A DNA stretch of 64,000 nucleotides from an uncultured bacterium (GCA_964607485.1 CAZSKP010000008.1:1-64000), one strand, 5' to 3'. Counted from the stretch's first letter, positions 22,614 to 33,268 are shown. The notes: generated by a model from the letters alone, not told the origin. Made by a program: numbers and translations.

Positions 22614-25010
22614 TCAGTTACGCAGGGGCTTGCCCGTCATGAGCATGTGCTGCATTCTCTCCTGCGATTTCTTCATGCCGCAGAGGCTGAGGAACGCCTC
22701 GCGCTCGAGGTCGAGCAGGTACTGTTCGCTCACGGGACCGGAGGGCTCGGCATCGCCGCCGGACAGCACGTGGGCGAGCTTCCTGCCGATGATCTCGTCG
22801 TGCTCGCTTATCTGATTTGCCTGTTTGGAAGCCTCGAGCGCCTGCTCGATCGCCTGTCTGCCCGCCGGTCCGGCCACGCGGATGTCCTCTCGCGGTTTCG
22901 GCTTCTTGTAGCCCTTCGCCAGTTCGAGCACGTCCTGTTTCGCGTCGAAGATGAGCCGGTCGCGACCCAGAGTGATCCTGTCGGATTTTCGGAGGATTGC
23001 CATCTGCATCGCCTCTTTCGCGCTTGTCGATACCTTCGCGAGCGCTATCGTCTGGAACGCGGCCTGCAGGGCGGGCAGCGGGTCGTCCGCCTTGGCCGCC
23101 GACTGAGCGCGCACGAGCATTTCTTTTGTGCCGCCTCCGCCGGGGATGATGCCGACGCCCACCTCGACCATGCCGATGTAAAGCTCGGAGTACGCGCGGA
23201 TCATGTCGGCGCCCATCGGTATCTCGCATCCGCCGCCGAGCGACATGCCGAACGGCGCGCACACGACCGGTTTGTCGGAGTAGCGCAGGCGCATGTTCGC
23301 ATCCTGGAACGCCTTCACTATCTGGTTGATGCGCTCCCAGTTCTCCTGCTGGCTTTCCATCATGAGCAGGAACAGGTTGGCGCCCACGGAGAAGTTGTCG
23401 GCATGATTGCTTACGACCATTCCGGCAAAATTCTTCGCGACTTCCTCGACGCTTTCGTGCATCATCGACACGATGTCGTCGTCCACCGAATTCATCTTGG
23501 TGTGGAATTCGAGGCACACGACGCCGTCGCCGATGTCCACGAGGGTCGCGCCGGGATTCTGTTTGACGACCTTCTTGCGTTCCTTCAGTGAGGGGAGGAG
23601 GATGATGGTGGGTTTTTCGGGGAGTTCGATGTATTTCTCGGTCTTGACGTCGAAGTAGCTGAGTTTGCCGTCCGAGCGCTTGTAGAAGACGCCGTCGCCC
23701 TTCGTGAGCACCTTTTCGACGATGGGCGGAATGGCCCGGCCTTCGCCCTTCATCCGCTCGACCGATTCCTTCACGCCGATCGCGTCCCACGTCTCGAACA
23801 GCCCCAGCGACCAGTTGAACCCCCACTTTATTCCGTTGTCGATGTTGACGATGTCGTCGGCGATTTCGGGGATTCGGTTGGCGGCGTAGATGAGGCTGTC
23901 GACCAGCACTCTCCAGGCGTATTTCCCCGCCTTGTCGTCGTAGTTCACGAGAGTCTTGATGCGCTCGCCGACGTCCTCGATGTCCTTGACGGCGCCCAGC
24001 GAGTCGTATCTCACCTTCTGCTGCGGGCGGTATTCGAACGTGTCGAAGTCGAGCGCGAGTATCTGTTTTTCGGGCTTCTTGACGAGCTTGTAGAAGCCGC
24101 CCCGCGTCTTGTCGCCCAGCCATTTCTTCTCGAGCATCTTCTTCAGCACGTCGGGGATGGCAAACACGTCCCGCGCCTCGTCGTCGGGGGCGTTGTCGTA
24201 CACGTTGCCCGATACGTTGACGAATGTGTCGAGCCCGACGATATCGGCCGTCCGAAACGCCGCGCTCTTGGGCCTTCCCATGGCGGGACCGAGTATCTTG
24301 TCCACCTCTTCCATGGCGAGACCCTCTTCGAGCATTATCTTTATGGCGTCCATCATGCCGAACACGCCGACGCGGTTAGCGACGAAGTTCGGCGTGTCTT
24401 TCCCGAAAACGATTCCCTTCCCGAGCACATTCTCGCCGACGTCGGCCAGGAACTCGACCACCTCGGGCTTTGTCTGTTTGTTCGGGATAATTTCGAGGAG
24501 CTTCATGTAGCGGACGGGATTGAAGAAGTGGGTCACGAGGAAATGCTGCTTGAACTCGTCGGGCATCCCTTCGGCCATCGCCTCGATGGACACGCCGGAC
24601 GTGTTGGAGCTGACGATGGTGCCGGGCACGCGCGCCTCGGCGACTTTCTTGAACAGTTGCCGCTTTATGTTGAGATTCTCGACGACGACCTCGATTATCC
24701 AATCGACCTGCTTGAGCCAGTCGAAGTTGTCCTCGAAGTTGCCCGTCGTGATGAGCTCCGCGTCGCGCTTGGAATACAGCAGCGCCGGGCGCGACTCGAG
24801 CAGCTTCTGCTTCCCGGTCGCCGCAAAGCGGTTGCGGACCTCGGGACTGTCGAGCGTGAGCCCCTTCGACTTCTCCTCTTCCGTCAACTCCTTCGGAACG
24901 ATGTCCAACATGAAGCTTGGTATGCCGGCGTTGGCCAGGTGCGCGGCGATGCCGCTGCCCATCACGCCTGCGCCGAGAACTGCCACCTTCTTGATTTCGC
25001 GTTTGCTCAT
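22614..25010 (-). CDS. fadN: 3-hydroxyacyl-CoA dehydrogenase / enoyl-CoA hydratase (FadN-like)
   Basis: GAGVMGSGIA, SNTSG, HFFNPVRY and a C-terminal crotonase domain (LGGGCE). Confidence 0.9.
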   Translation of the reverse strand: MSKREIKKVAVLGAGVMGSGIAAHLANAGIPSFMLDIVPKELTEEEKSKGLTLDSPEVRNRFAATGKQKLLESRPALLYSKRDAELITTGNFEDNFDWLKQVDWIIEVVVENLNIKRQLFKKVAEARVPGTIVSSNTSGVSIEAMAEGMPDEFKQHFLVTHFFNPVRYMKLLEIIPNKQTKPEVVEFLADVGENVLGKGIVFGKDTPNFVANRVGVFGMMDAIKIMLEEGLAMEEVDKILGPAMGRPKSAAFRTADIVGLDTFVNVSGNVYDNAPDDEARDVFAIPDVLKKMLEKKWLGDKTRGGFYKLVKKPEKQILALDFDTFEYRPQQKVRYDSLGAVKDIEDVGERIKTLVNYDDKAGKYAWRVLVDSLIYAANRIPEIADDIVNIDNGIKWGFNWSLGLFETWDAIGVKESVERMKGEGRAIPPIVEKVLTKGDGVFYKRSDGKLSYFDVKTEKYIELPEKPTIILLPSLKERKKVVKQNPGATLVDIGDGVVCLEFHTKMNSVDDDIVSMMHESVEEVAKNFAGMVVSNHADNFSVGANLFLLMMESQQENWERINQIVKAFQDANMRLRYSDKPVVCAPFGMSLGGGCEIPMGADMIRAYSELYIGMVEVGVGIIPGGGGTKEMLVRAQSAAKADDPLPALQAAFQTIALAKVSTSAKEAMQMAILRKSDRITLGRDRLIFDAKQDVLELAKGYKKPKPREDIRVAGPAGRQAIEQALEASKQANQISEHDEIIGRKLAHVLSGGDAEPSGPVSEQYLLDLEREAFLSLCGMKKSQERMQHMLMTGKPLRN

Positions 25011-25116
25011 GGCGTCAACTTCCTCCGTGGGTCGGTCTCTCATGTTTGGGGTGATTGGTGGGTGCATCCGATTCCCCGGTGTGCCCCGGGGACGGTCCCT
25101 ATCGCTTTCACGGTTT

Positions 25117-25144
25117 GTACGGGCGCACGGCCGTGCGCCCCTAC
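25117..25144. repeat. GTAG-type REP palindrome
   Basis: GTACGGGCGCACGGCCGTGCGCCCCTAC. Confidence 0.7.
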
Positions 25145-25195
25145 AAAAGCCAAAATATATTTCTATGGAGACAGTGAATCTGTTCGCCGGCGCGT

Positions 25196-26458
25196 CTATT
25201 TCAGCTTATCGCGGCGGAAACCGAGAACGTTCCGTGCGACTATGAGCATGTTGATCTGGCCGGTTCCCTCGAATATGTCGTTGATCTTGCAGTCGCGCAT
25301 CCATTTCTCGAGCAGATAATCGCGCGAGTAACCCAGCGGCCCCATCAGCTCGACCGCCTTCTGGCAGATGTGCGTGACCGCCAGGCCGGCCTTCGCCTTG
25401 GCCATCGAGGCCTCGAGGCTGTTGCGCTCGCGCCGGTCGATCATCCAGCAGGCGCGCCAGGTGAGCAGCCGGGCGGCCTTGAGGTTGGCCTCCATGGCGT
25501 GTATGTCCTTCTCGACCGCGGTCATTCTGTAAGGGGATATGCCGTAGCGAATCTCGATGCCCTTCTCGGCGAGCTTCTGCTTGACGAAATCCAGCGCGGC
25601 CCGGCCGATGCCGATGGCGCTGGCGGCCACGTTGGGCCGGGTGGCGTCGAATGTGGCCATGACGCCCTTGAACCCCTTTGTGGTGTCGCGCTTCTGCACC
25701 TCCGGGCTGCCGAGGATGTTGTCGAGCGGAATACGACAATCCTCGAACACTATCGTGGCGGTGTCGGAGGCGCGTATGCCCAACTTGTGTTCGAGCTTCG
25801 TGACCGTCATGCCGGGCGTGCCTTTCTCGACGATAAAGCTCTTGATGCCCGCACGGCCCGCCGACTTGTCGATGGTCGCCCATACGACCACCCACCCGTC
25901 GCTTTCCTCGGCCGCCATCTTGCCGCTGGTCACGAATATCTTCTCGCCGTTCAGCACCCACGAGTCTCCGTCGCGAACGGCTGAGGCGGTGATGGCCGCC
26001 GTGTCGGAGCCGGCGTTGGCCTCGGTGATCGCCATCGCGCCCCATTTGGGAGGGTCTTCGGTGAATCGCTTGAAGAGGCGGCGTTTCTGCTCCGGCGTGC
26101 CGACCGCGTTCACCGCGGCTCCGCCGAGCCTGGGGCCCGGGCTGCACAGGTTAAGGCCCGCGTCGCCCCACGAGTTCTCTTCGCGGAGCACGGCGCTCAT
26201 GATCATGGGCTGACCGCCCGACTGAGCGACGCTTTTCTTCTTGGCCTCGGCGCGCTGCTCATCGGTCTGCTCCAGCGCCTCCAACTGTGCCGCCATCTCC
26301 TTCTTCACGTCTTCCCATACGAGCTTTATGTAATCCCACGGCTTTTCATGTTCCCTCTCATCGTATTCTCTCGCCACCGGCCGCATGTGTTTTATGGCTA
26401 TTTCGTGCGCCTCTTTCTGGGCCGCGACTACTTGTTCCGGCAGTTCGAAATCGATCAT
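25196..26458 (-). CDS. Acyl-CoA dehydrogenase
   Basis: AMAITEANAGSD, LNGEKIFVT and DIFEGTGQI. Confidence 0.93.
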   Translation of the reverse strand: MIDFELPEQVVAAQKEAHEIAIKHMRPVAREYDEREHEKPWDYIKLVWEDVKKEMAAQLEALEQTDEQRAEAKKKSVAQSGGQPMIMSAVLREENSWGDAGLNLCSPGPRLGGAAVNAVGTPEQKRRLFKRFTEDPPKWGAMAITEANAGSDTAAITASAVRDGDSWVLNGEKIFVTSGKMAAEESDGWVVVWATIDKSAGRAGIKSFIVEKGTPGMTVTKLEHKLGIRASDTATIVFEDCRIPLDNILGSPEVQKRDTTKGFKGVMATFDATRPNVAASAIGIGRAALDFVKQKLAEKGIEIRYGISPYRMTAVEKDIHAMEANLKAARLLTWRACWMIDRRERNSLEASMAKAKAGLAVTHICQKAVELMGPLGYSRDYLLEKWMRDCKINDIFEGTGQINMLIVARNVLGFRRDKLK

Positions 26459-26613
26459 CGCGAAGACCTCCCCTGCAAAATCAGTGTCGTATGGATAAAG
26501 CTACTGAGGGCGTCCGCTATTATAATCGTTTCAAGGGACAGTTTCAAGCGATGGGTCTTGGGGTGGAGTTTGAATTAGCCGGCCACAAGGGAGGTCCCCG
26601 TCACGCATGATAG

Positions 26614-26643
26614 TTGACACGGCGATGAGAAAGGGCTTAGAAT
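26614..26643 (+). promoter_or_regulatory. Sigma70 promoter
   Basis: TTGACA-18-TAGAAT upstream of the two-component cluster. Confidence 0.55.
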
Positions 26644-26727
26644 AAGCCGTAAACACCCCTAACGTTTGCCTGAATTCGGAACACTGGTCAAGAGAGCAGT
26701 CTGCCGTGTTTTAAACGGAGGAGGGCC

Positions 26728-27960
26728 ATGTCTGTCATCACCATTTTCAGCGCGTCACACTGCCGGGGGGACGAAATCGCCGCGAAAGTGGCCGAAACGC
26801 TTGGCTACGGCCGCATTGGCGACGAGATGCTTGACTGGGCTGCTCGGGAGTTTGATGTGTCTCGTGAGAAACTCCTCCGCGCCATGCACGGCGGCGGCTC
26901 GGTGCTTGATAAATTGGGCCAGGACAAAGAGCGGAGCGTGGCCTGCATCAGGGCGGCGATTGCCGAGGGCGTGAAGGGCGACAACGTCGTCTATCACGGA
27001 TTCGCCGGGCATCTCCTGCCGAGGGACATCGCCCATGTGCTGAAAGTATGCCTCGTGGCCAATCGCGACTACAGGGTCGCGCTCGCCGCCGAGAGCGAGG
27101 GTGTGTCGAAAAAGAGCGCCCTGAAGACAATCAGGAAAGACGATGACGAGCGCAAGAAATGGACGCAGTACCTCTTCGACCTCGGGCCGTGGGACAAGAG
27201 TCTCTACGACATCAAGATTCCGATGCACACCACGTCCGTAGAGGATGCGGTGAAAATCATCTGTGAAAACGTCCAAAAAGAGCCCGTCAAGACGACGCCG
27301 AAATCGCAGAAGGCGATGGACGACTTCGTGTTCGCCTCGAAGGTCAACGTCGCCCTTGTCGAGCGCGGCCACGACGTCGAAGTGTCTTCGGACGACGGGA
27401 ACATCACGATTCTGATAAACAAGTACACGATGCGGCTGGAACATCTGAAGAAAGAGCTGAGCGACATCGCCCAGGCCGTGCCGGGCGTGAAGGGTACGGA
27501 AGTGCGTCCGGGACCGAAATACAAGCGGCCTGCCATATATCCGGGAATGGACTTCGAGCTGCCCTCGAAGGTGCTCCTGGTGGACGACGAACGGGAGTTT
27601 GTGCAGACCCTGTCGGAACGTCTGCAGATGCGGGATTTGAGCACCGCCGTGGTTTATAACGGCGAGGAGGCGCTCTCCTACATCAAGGAAGACGAGCCGG
27701 AGGTCATGATTCTGGACTTGAGGATGCCCGGAATCGACGGCGTCGAGGTTCTCAGGCGCGTCAAGAAGAGCCACCCCAGCGTGGAGGTCATCATCCTGAC
27801 CGGTCACGGCACGGAAAAGGACGAAGAGTTGACGCGCGAGCTGGGAGCGTTTGCCTACCTGGAGAAGCCGGTGGAGATTGACAAGCTTGCCAAGACGGTG
27901 AAAGAGGCCTATGAAAAGATAAGAAGAGAAAAGGCCGAAAGGCAGCGTGGAAACGACTGA
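26728..27960 (+). CDS. Response regulator with N-terminal cytidylate-kinase-like domain and C-terminal REC
   Basis: The N-terminus resembles the cytidylate kinase-like family with a degenerate P-loop; VLLVDDE..ILDLRMPG..LTGHG..KP at the C-terminus. Confidence 0.82.
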   Translation: MSVITIFSASHCRGDEIAAKVAETLGYGRIGDEMLDWAAREFDVSREKLLRAMHGGGSVLDKLGQDKERSVACIRAAIAEGVKGDNVVYHGFAGHLLPRDIAHVLKVCLVANRDYRVALAAESEGVSKKSALKTIRKDDDERKKWTQYLFDLGPWDKSLYDIKIPMHTTSVEDAVKIICENVQKEPVKTTPKSQKAMDDFVFASKVNVALVERGHDVEVSSDDGNITILINKYTMRLEHLKKELSDIAQAVPGVKGTEVRPGPKYKRPAIYPGMDFELPSKVLLVDDEREFVQTLSERLQMRDLSTAVVYNGEEALSYIKEDEPEVMILDLRMPGIDGVEVLRRVKKSHPSVEVIILTGHGTEKDEELTRELGAFAYLEKPVEIDKLAKTVKEAYEKIRREKAERQRGND

Positions 27961-29713
27961 CACAAAAAGCCCTGAGCCGAAAGGTTTTTGGAGCTCTCTG
28001 GTTCTGTCCCTCCGCAAGCTTACGCCCGCCGGCTGGAAAATCGGAGCCGGCGAGAGAAGAAAGCTGTCCCGCTACAATCGGCTGTGGAGATTCACGGTCA
28101 TCCTCACCGCCGGCGTGTCACTGACCCCGCTCGTCGTGATGACCGTCTTCGACTACTACTCGAATCGGCAGGCCTTCAAGCAGGAGACGATTCGCCCCAT
28201 CCTCCGCCTCACATCCACGACCAAGCGGTCGCTGGAATTCTTCCTCGAAGAGCGCTGGTCGGCGCTGGACTTCATCATCCACGATAATCCTTTCGTCGAG
28301 CTGTCCGACCAGGAAAAACTCAGGGTCATATTCAAGAATATGAGGAGGTCGTTCGGCGGCTTTGTGGACGTGGGCCTCATCGACTCGACGGGCATGCAGA
28401 GGTCGTATGTCGGCCCCTACGAGCTTATGGGCAAGAACTATCAGGGACAGGACTGGTTTCACGAGGTCAGCCTGAGGGGCGTGTATGTCAGCGACGTCTT
28501 CATGGGGTACCGAAAATTTCCCCATTTCGTGATAGCGGTCAAGTACGAAAAGGACGACGGAGACTTCTACGTGCTTCGGGCAACCATCGATACCGAAGTC
28601 TTGGACCGACAGATTCTCTCGCTTGGGCTCAGGCCGTCGAGCGACGCCTTTATTATCAACCGGAAGGGAGTCCTGCAGACACCCTCGCAGATTTATGGAA
28701 ACGTTCTGGAGACCGTTCCCATACCCGTGCCCCCCTTCTCCGAAAATGCGGAAGTGCAGGAGATACGCGACCGGCAGGGGAAGGTGTACGTATTGGGATA
28801 TGCGTATATTAACCGCTCACCCTTCATTTTGGTGGTGATGAAAGAACCGGGCACGTTGATGGAGAACTGGTTCACCTTGAGGCGCAAGCTGGTGGGATTT
28901 CTCATACTCAGCATAGCAGTCATCGTGCTGCTGATAATGGGAACCTCGTCCTATCTCGTCTCTCGCATCCGGGAGGCCGACCTCAGGCAGGCCGAGGCTC
29001 TGCATAGCGTTCAGTACACGAGCAAGATGGCCTCCATCGGACGACTCGCCGCCGGCGTGGCCCATGAAGTCAACAATCCCCTTGCCATCATCAACGAGAA
29101 AGCCGGCCTGGCGAAGGACCTCATCTCTCTCTCGCAAGACTTCCCTCAAAAAGAAAAGTTCTCGAAGCTGCTCGAATCCATTCAGGCGTCCGTCGAACGC
29201 TGCAGCACCATCACTCACCGCCTGCTGGGCTTTGCCAAACGGATGGACGTGCACGTTGAGACCATCGACCTCGAAGTCCTCATCAATGAGGTGCTGGGCT
29301 TCTTGGAAAAGGAGGCCGGCTACCGGAACATAGCGATAGATGTTCATGCCTGCGACGGTCTGCCTTCAATCGAAAGCGACCGCGGACAGCTCCAGCAGGT
29401 GTTCTTGAACATCATCAATAACGCCATCGAAGAACTGGAGGGCGGCGGCCAGGTGGACATCTCGCTCGAAAAAGAGGATGCCGGCAAGGTGAAGGTCACC
29501 ATCACGGACAACGGGCGGGGCATCCCCGAGGAGCACCTGAAGAACATCTTTGAGCCCTTCTTCACCACCAAGAAAGATTACGGAACCGGGTTGGGCCTGT
29601 CGATAACCTATGGCATCGTGGAAAAGCTCGGGGGCACTATCAGCGTGAAGAGCGAGGTGGGTCGTGGGACCAGCTTCGCCGTCACGTTGCCGGTCAGGAA
29701 ATCCTTACTCTAG
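27947..29713 (+). CDS. Membrane sensor histidine kinase (Cache-type sensor)
   Basis: Two TM segments, AHEVNNPL, DNGRGI and GTGLGLS. Confidence 0.92.
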   Translation: METTDTKSPEPKGFWSSLVLSLRKLTPAGWKIGAGERRKLSRYNRLWRFTVILTAGVSLTPLVVMTVFDYYSNRQAFKQETIRPILRLTSTTKRSLEFFLEERWSALDFIIHDNPFVELSDQEKLRVIFKNMRRSFGGFVDVGLIDSTGMQRSYVGPYELMGKNYQGQDWFHEVSLRGVYVSDVFMGYRKFPHFVIAVKYEKDDGDFYVLRATIDTEVLDRQILSLGLRPSSDAFIINRKGVLQTPSQIYGNVLETVPIPVPPFSENAEVQEIRDRQGKVYVLGYAYINRSPFILVVMKEPGTLMENWFTLRRKLVGFLILSIAVIVLLIMGTSSYLVSRIREADLRQAEALHSVQYTSKMASIGRLAAGVAHEVNNPLAIINEKAGLAKDLISLSQDFPQKEKFSKLLESIQASVERCSTITHRLLGFAKRMDVHVETIDLEVLINEVLGFLEKEAGYRNIAIDVHACDGLPSIESDRGQLQQVFLNIINNAIEELEGGGQVDISLEKEDAGKVKVTITDNGRGIPEEHLKNIFEPFFTTKKDYGTGLGLSITYGIVEKLGGTISVKSEVGRGTSFAVTLPVRKSLL

Positions 29714-29722
29714 GAGCGAGAC

Positions 29723-30088
29723 ATGGGCACGTTGAGAGTCTTGATTGTCGACGACGAAGAGGAACTGGTTTCCACCCTGACGGAACGTCTGGCGCTCAGG
29801 GACATCGACGCCGACGGAGCCATCACCGGAGCCGAGGCGCTTGAGCGCGTACAGGAAAAAGAGTACGGTGTGGTGGTGTTGGACGTCAAGATGCCGGGAA
29901 TAGACGGGTTGGAAGTGATGAAAAAGATTCGCGCGATGCGCCCGAAGGTGCAGGTTATCCTTCTCACAGGGCGTGGGTCTGAGAAGGAGAGCCAGACAGG
30001 CATCGACGAGGGTGCCTTCGACTATCTTGTGAAACCCATCGACATCGAAGACCTGATAAAGAAAATGAGGGAAGCCGTGGGCGAGTGA
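29723..30088 (+). CDS. Single-domain response regulator
   Basis: VDDE, DVKMPG and KP. Confidence 0.9.
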   Translation: MGTLRVLIVDDEEELVSTLTERLALRDIDADGAITGAEALERVQEKEYGVVVLDVKMPGIDGLEVMKKIRAMRPKVQVILLTGRGSEKESQTGIDEGAFDYLVKPIDIEDLIKKMREAVGE

Positions 30089-30103
30089 AGGAGAAGGCTG
30101 CGC

Positions 30104-30778
30104 ATGGATGAACGGGAAAACCGCCTGTTGCGGGAGAAAGGATTGTCGTTCTTCGGGGTTGTCACGGCCAGCCTTTCACATGAAATCAACAACGTGATAG
30201 CCATCATCGGCGAGCTTTCCGGGCTCTTGGACGACCTCCTCCTGGGCGCTCAAGAGGGACGCCCGCCGGATAGCCAAAAGCTGAAGGACCTCTCCGAGAG
30301 AATCACCGCTCAGGTGAAAAAGGGGGAGGGCATAATCAAGCGGCTCAACCGTTTTGCCCACAGCATTGACGAACCGGTCAAGAGCTTCGACCTGACCGAA
30401 CTCCTGAAAGAGATAAGCGCCATAGCTCAGCGCTTTGCGTTCTTGAAAGGGGTGAGCCTCGAAACCCAGTCGGCGGAAGGACCGATGAACGTAGTGGGCG
30501 ACCCTTTCAGTCTCCAGCAGGCTATTTTCATCTGCATCGAGCTTGCCCTGGCCGCGTCGGAAAAGAGCGGAGCCGTCACCGTCACACTCGACAAGGCGCA
30601 ATCGGGAGCAACCATCGCGATAACGGGCGCTCCGCTCGTGAGAACTGAGGCCGTCGATTCAAAGCTGTCCTTCCTCTCCATCCTGATAGAAGAACTGGGG
30701 GGCAAAGTGGAGGCTGCCACCGCCGGCGATAAGCATTCATTGACTCTCTTCGTTCCTGAGTCGATCGACAGGCGCTGA
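30104..30778 (+). CDS. Sensor-less histidine-kinase-like protein with degenerate ATPase domain
   Basis: H-box SHEINN is present, but N, G1 and G2 boxes are not recognisable. Confidence 0.75.
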   Translation: MDERENRLLREKGLSFFGVVTASLSHEINNVIAIIGELSGLLDDLLLGAQEGRPPDSQKLKDLSERITAQVKKGEGIIKRLNRFAHSIDEPVKSFDLTELLKEISAIAQRFAFLKGVSLETQSAEGPMNVVGDPFSLQQAIFICIELALAASEKSGAVTVTLDKAQSGATIAITGAPLVRTEAVDSKLSFLSILIEELGGKVEAATAGDKHSLTLFVPESIDRR

Positions 30779-30804
30779 CCGACTCGATGCCAAGGAGGTT
30801 TCCC

Positions 30805-31236
30805 ATGCCGGACGAAAAGATATTGCTCGTGGACGACGAGGAGGAATTCACCCGCATCCTGTCCGAGAGAATGAATGCGAGAGGAGTTTCCGTTGTCACC
30901 GCCAAGAGCGGCCCCGACGCCCTCGAAAAGGCGCAGAAAGAAAGGTTCGACGCGATCATCCTGGATATGCTCATGCCGGGAATGGACGGCATCGAGACGC
31001 TCAAGCGCCTTCGCGAGATCAATCCCGATTTTCAGATAATCATGCTCACGGGCCACGCGACGCTGCAGAAGGGGATCGAAGCGGTGAAGCTGGGGGCGAT
31101 GGACTTCTTGGAGAAGCCGGCCGACATACAGCAGCTCGTGGAGAAGATAAAAGAGGCAAAGGTCAAGACGATGATTTTAGTGGAAAAAGAGACCGAGGAA
31201 AAAATCCGGAAGATCCTGAAATCCAAAGGTTGGTGA
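30805..31236 (+). CDS. Single-domain response regulator
   Basis: LVDDE, DMLMPG, LTGHA and EKP. Confidence 0.9.
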   Translation: MPDEKILLVDDEEEFTRILSERMNARGVSVVTAKSGPDALEKAQKERFDAIILDMLMPGMDGIETLKRLREINPDFQIIMLTGHATLQKGIEAVKLGAMDFLEKPADIQQLVEKIKEAKVKTMILVEKETEEKIRKILKSKGW

Positions 31237-31480
31237 CATAAAACGTCGGTGGGGGTGAGGCGATGGAAGCGAAATCGACCGAAGTGATAGTGATTCGACC
31301 GGACAGGTGACCCCATGTTTCCCGCCGGTCCACGATGCGGCAGCCCATGGCCGTGACGGGAACATCGCAGCCTGAGGTTGATCGTCGCACATCCCTCCCC
31401 CGCGTTTTCTTGGCTTTTGATGACACACAGTAATCGGCATCTGCGAACGCCGCGGTGAAACGGCACATGAAAGGGACGCG

Positions 31481-33040
31481 TTGATGTCGGAAGAACGGAT
31501 TAACGAGGAGCGCATTCCGCCGGAACGCTCAGAGGCGAAGACTCGGTCGGCGAAAACCCCGCCTGCGGCCCGGCGCACATACCTGTCCGAGGCCGTCAAA
31601 CGGGTCGATTGGCGAAGGCTGCTGTTCATGTTCGGCGGCATCGCCCTGTTCTCCATCGTGTACCTTTCGCCGTCCTGGCCCGACGCCATCGACCCCGCGG
31701 GAAAGCAGTTCGAGCTCACCCGAGAGGGCAAGGCCGCCCTGGCACTGTTCCTGCTCACCGCCACGTGGTGGGTGTTCGAGGTGGTGCCCATCGGCGTGAC
31801 CAGCATCGCCGTCGGCGTGATCCAGGCTCTCTTCCTCATCCGGGATTCGCGCGTGGCCTTCAGCGACTTCATGGACCCGTCGGTCTGGTTCATATTCGGG
31901 TCGATTGTCATCGGGATGGCTTTCACGAGGACCGGCCTCACTCGGCGGATGGCGTACAAGATGCTGGCGCTCGTGGGAGAACGCACCAGCCTGATCTATC
32001 TCGGATGTTTCGTCATGACCGGGGCGCTGACGTTGATCATGGCCCACACTGCCGTGGCCGCCGCCGTGTACCCGCTGCTCATGGCCATATACACTCTCTA
32101 TCAGGAAGACGAAAAGCCCACCCGATTCGGCAAAGGATTGTTCATCGGCATGGCGTTCACCGCGGGAGCGGGCAGCATAATCACACTGCTCGGCGCGGCC
32201 CGGGGCGCGGTGGCCATAGGCTTCTTCAAAGACATGGCCGGGCGCGAGATCTCCTTCTTCGAGCTGTCCTACTACATGTTCCCCGTCGGATGGACGATGA
32301 TTCTGCTCCTCTGGGGATTCTTCATGATTTTTTTCAAGCCGGAGAAGAAGACCATCCCCGGCCTGCGCGAGCGGGCGAAGGCCCTCAGCGCGAGGTTGGG
32401 ACCTATCAGCCGCACCGAGATACTCACGCTGGTGATCGTGTTCTCCGCCATTGCGGTGCTGAGCCTGCGGTCGTTCATCCCGGCGCTCGACCCTCTCAAC
32501 AAGAGCGCAATCATACTCGTCACGACCGTCCTGTTTTTCCTGTTCAAAATCCTCACCATTCAGGACCTCGAGGAAATCCCCTGGAACATCATCCTGCTGT
32601 TCGGCGGCGCGATGAGCATCGGCTTCTGCCTGTGGCAGACGGGCGCAGCCAGTTGGCTCGCGGTCAAGTGGCTGGTCTTGTTCCAGGAGGCCCCGTGGTT
32701 TGTGTTCGTCATGGCCATATCCTTCTTCGTGCTTGTGATGACCAACTTCATCATGAACGTGGCCGCGATAGCCATATCCCTGCCCGTCGCGCTGGTGATA
32801 GCGGGCTACCTGAATGTGGCCCCCGAGGTGATTCTGTTCGCCTCGCTCACCACGGCGGGCATGCCTTTCGTCTTGCTGGTCGGGGCGGCGCCCAACGCCA
32901 TCGCCTACGAGAGCAAGCAGTTTACCTCGGGCGAATTCTTCATGTACGGCGTGCCTGCAAGCCTCATGCTGATGGTTGTGCTGGGTGCTTTCGTCTGGGT
33001 CATATGGCCGCTCATGGGCATGCCGATACTCGCTCAATAG
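31481..33040 (+). CDS. DASS/SLC13 family anion (sulfate/dicarboxylate) symporter
   Basis: Multiple TM segments; WWVFEVVPIGVT, TGLTRR, IPWNIILLFGG and APNAIAY. Confidence 0.88.
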   Translation: MMSEERINEERIPPERSEAKTRSAKTPPAARRTYLSEAVKRVDWRRLLFMFGGIALFSIVYLSPSWPDAIDPAGKQFELTREGKAALALFLLTATWWVFEVVPIGVTSIAVGVIQALFLIRDSRVAFSDFMDPSVWFIFGSIVIGMAFTRTGLTRRMAYKMLALVGERTSLIYLGCFVMTGALTLIMAHTAVAAAVYPLLMAIYTLYQEDEKPTRFGKGLFIGMAFTAGAGSIITLLGAARGAVAIGFFKDMAGREISFFELSYYMFPVGWTMILLLWGFFMIFFKPEKKTIPGLRERAKALSARLGPISRTEILTLVIVFSAIAVLSLRSFIPALDPLNKSAIILVTTVLFFLFKILTIQDLEEIPWNIILLFGGAMSIGFCLWQTGAASWLAVKWLVLFQEAPWFVFVMAISFFVLVMTNFIMNVAAIAISLPVALVIAGYLNVAPEVILFASLTTAGMPFVLLVGAAPNAIAYESKQFTSGEFFMYGVPASLMLMVVLGAFVWVIWPLMGMPILAQ

Positions 33041-33063
33041 GATGAGCGGCCGCGTCGAAGTAT

Positions 33064-33092
33064 TTGACTAAAGAAGTTGCAGAGACTATAAT
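33064..33092 (+). promoter_or_regulatory. Near-consensus sigma70 promoter
   Basis: TTGACT-17-TATAAT. Confidence 0.8.
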
Positions 33093-33121
33093 CGACCAAA
33101 TCATATAAGGGTGTCAGGTTT

Positions 33122-33216
33122 TTCTCCGATTCAACCCGCCTAAGGCAAGAGGCTATGGCGGTTGAACGGCAGGTGCGGATGGAAACGTCCGTGCCCCCCA
33201 TCCTCGGAAAGGAGAA
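33122..33216 (+). ncRNA. Moco/Wco RNA motif (riboswitch candidate), P3-less tungsten-cofactor type
   Basis: P1 TTCTCC/GGAGAA; CTCCGA; P2 TTCAACC(C)GCC-TAAG...TAT-GGCGGTTGAA; P4 GGTGCGGATG-GAAA-CGTCCGTGCC; P5 followed by GGAAAGGAG. Only about 5 nt lie between P2 and P4. Confidence 0.82.
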
Positions 33217-33227
33217 GACGCCAAACG

Positions 33228-33268
33228 AAAGCCGGTTCCACGCGGTTTGGGGACTGGCTTTTCTTTTT
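33228..33268 (+). terminator. Intrinsic terminator (riboswitch expression platform)
   Basis: AAAGCCGGTTCC / GGGACTGGCTTT 12-bp stem (2 GU pairs) followed by TCTTTTT, upstream of the porin start. Confidence 0.8.
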
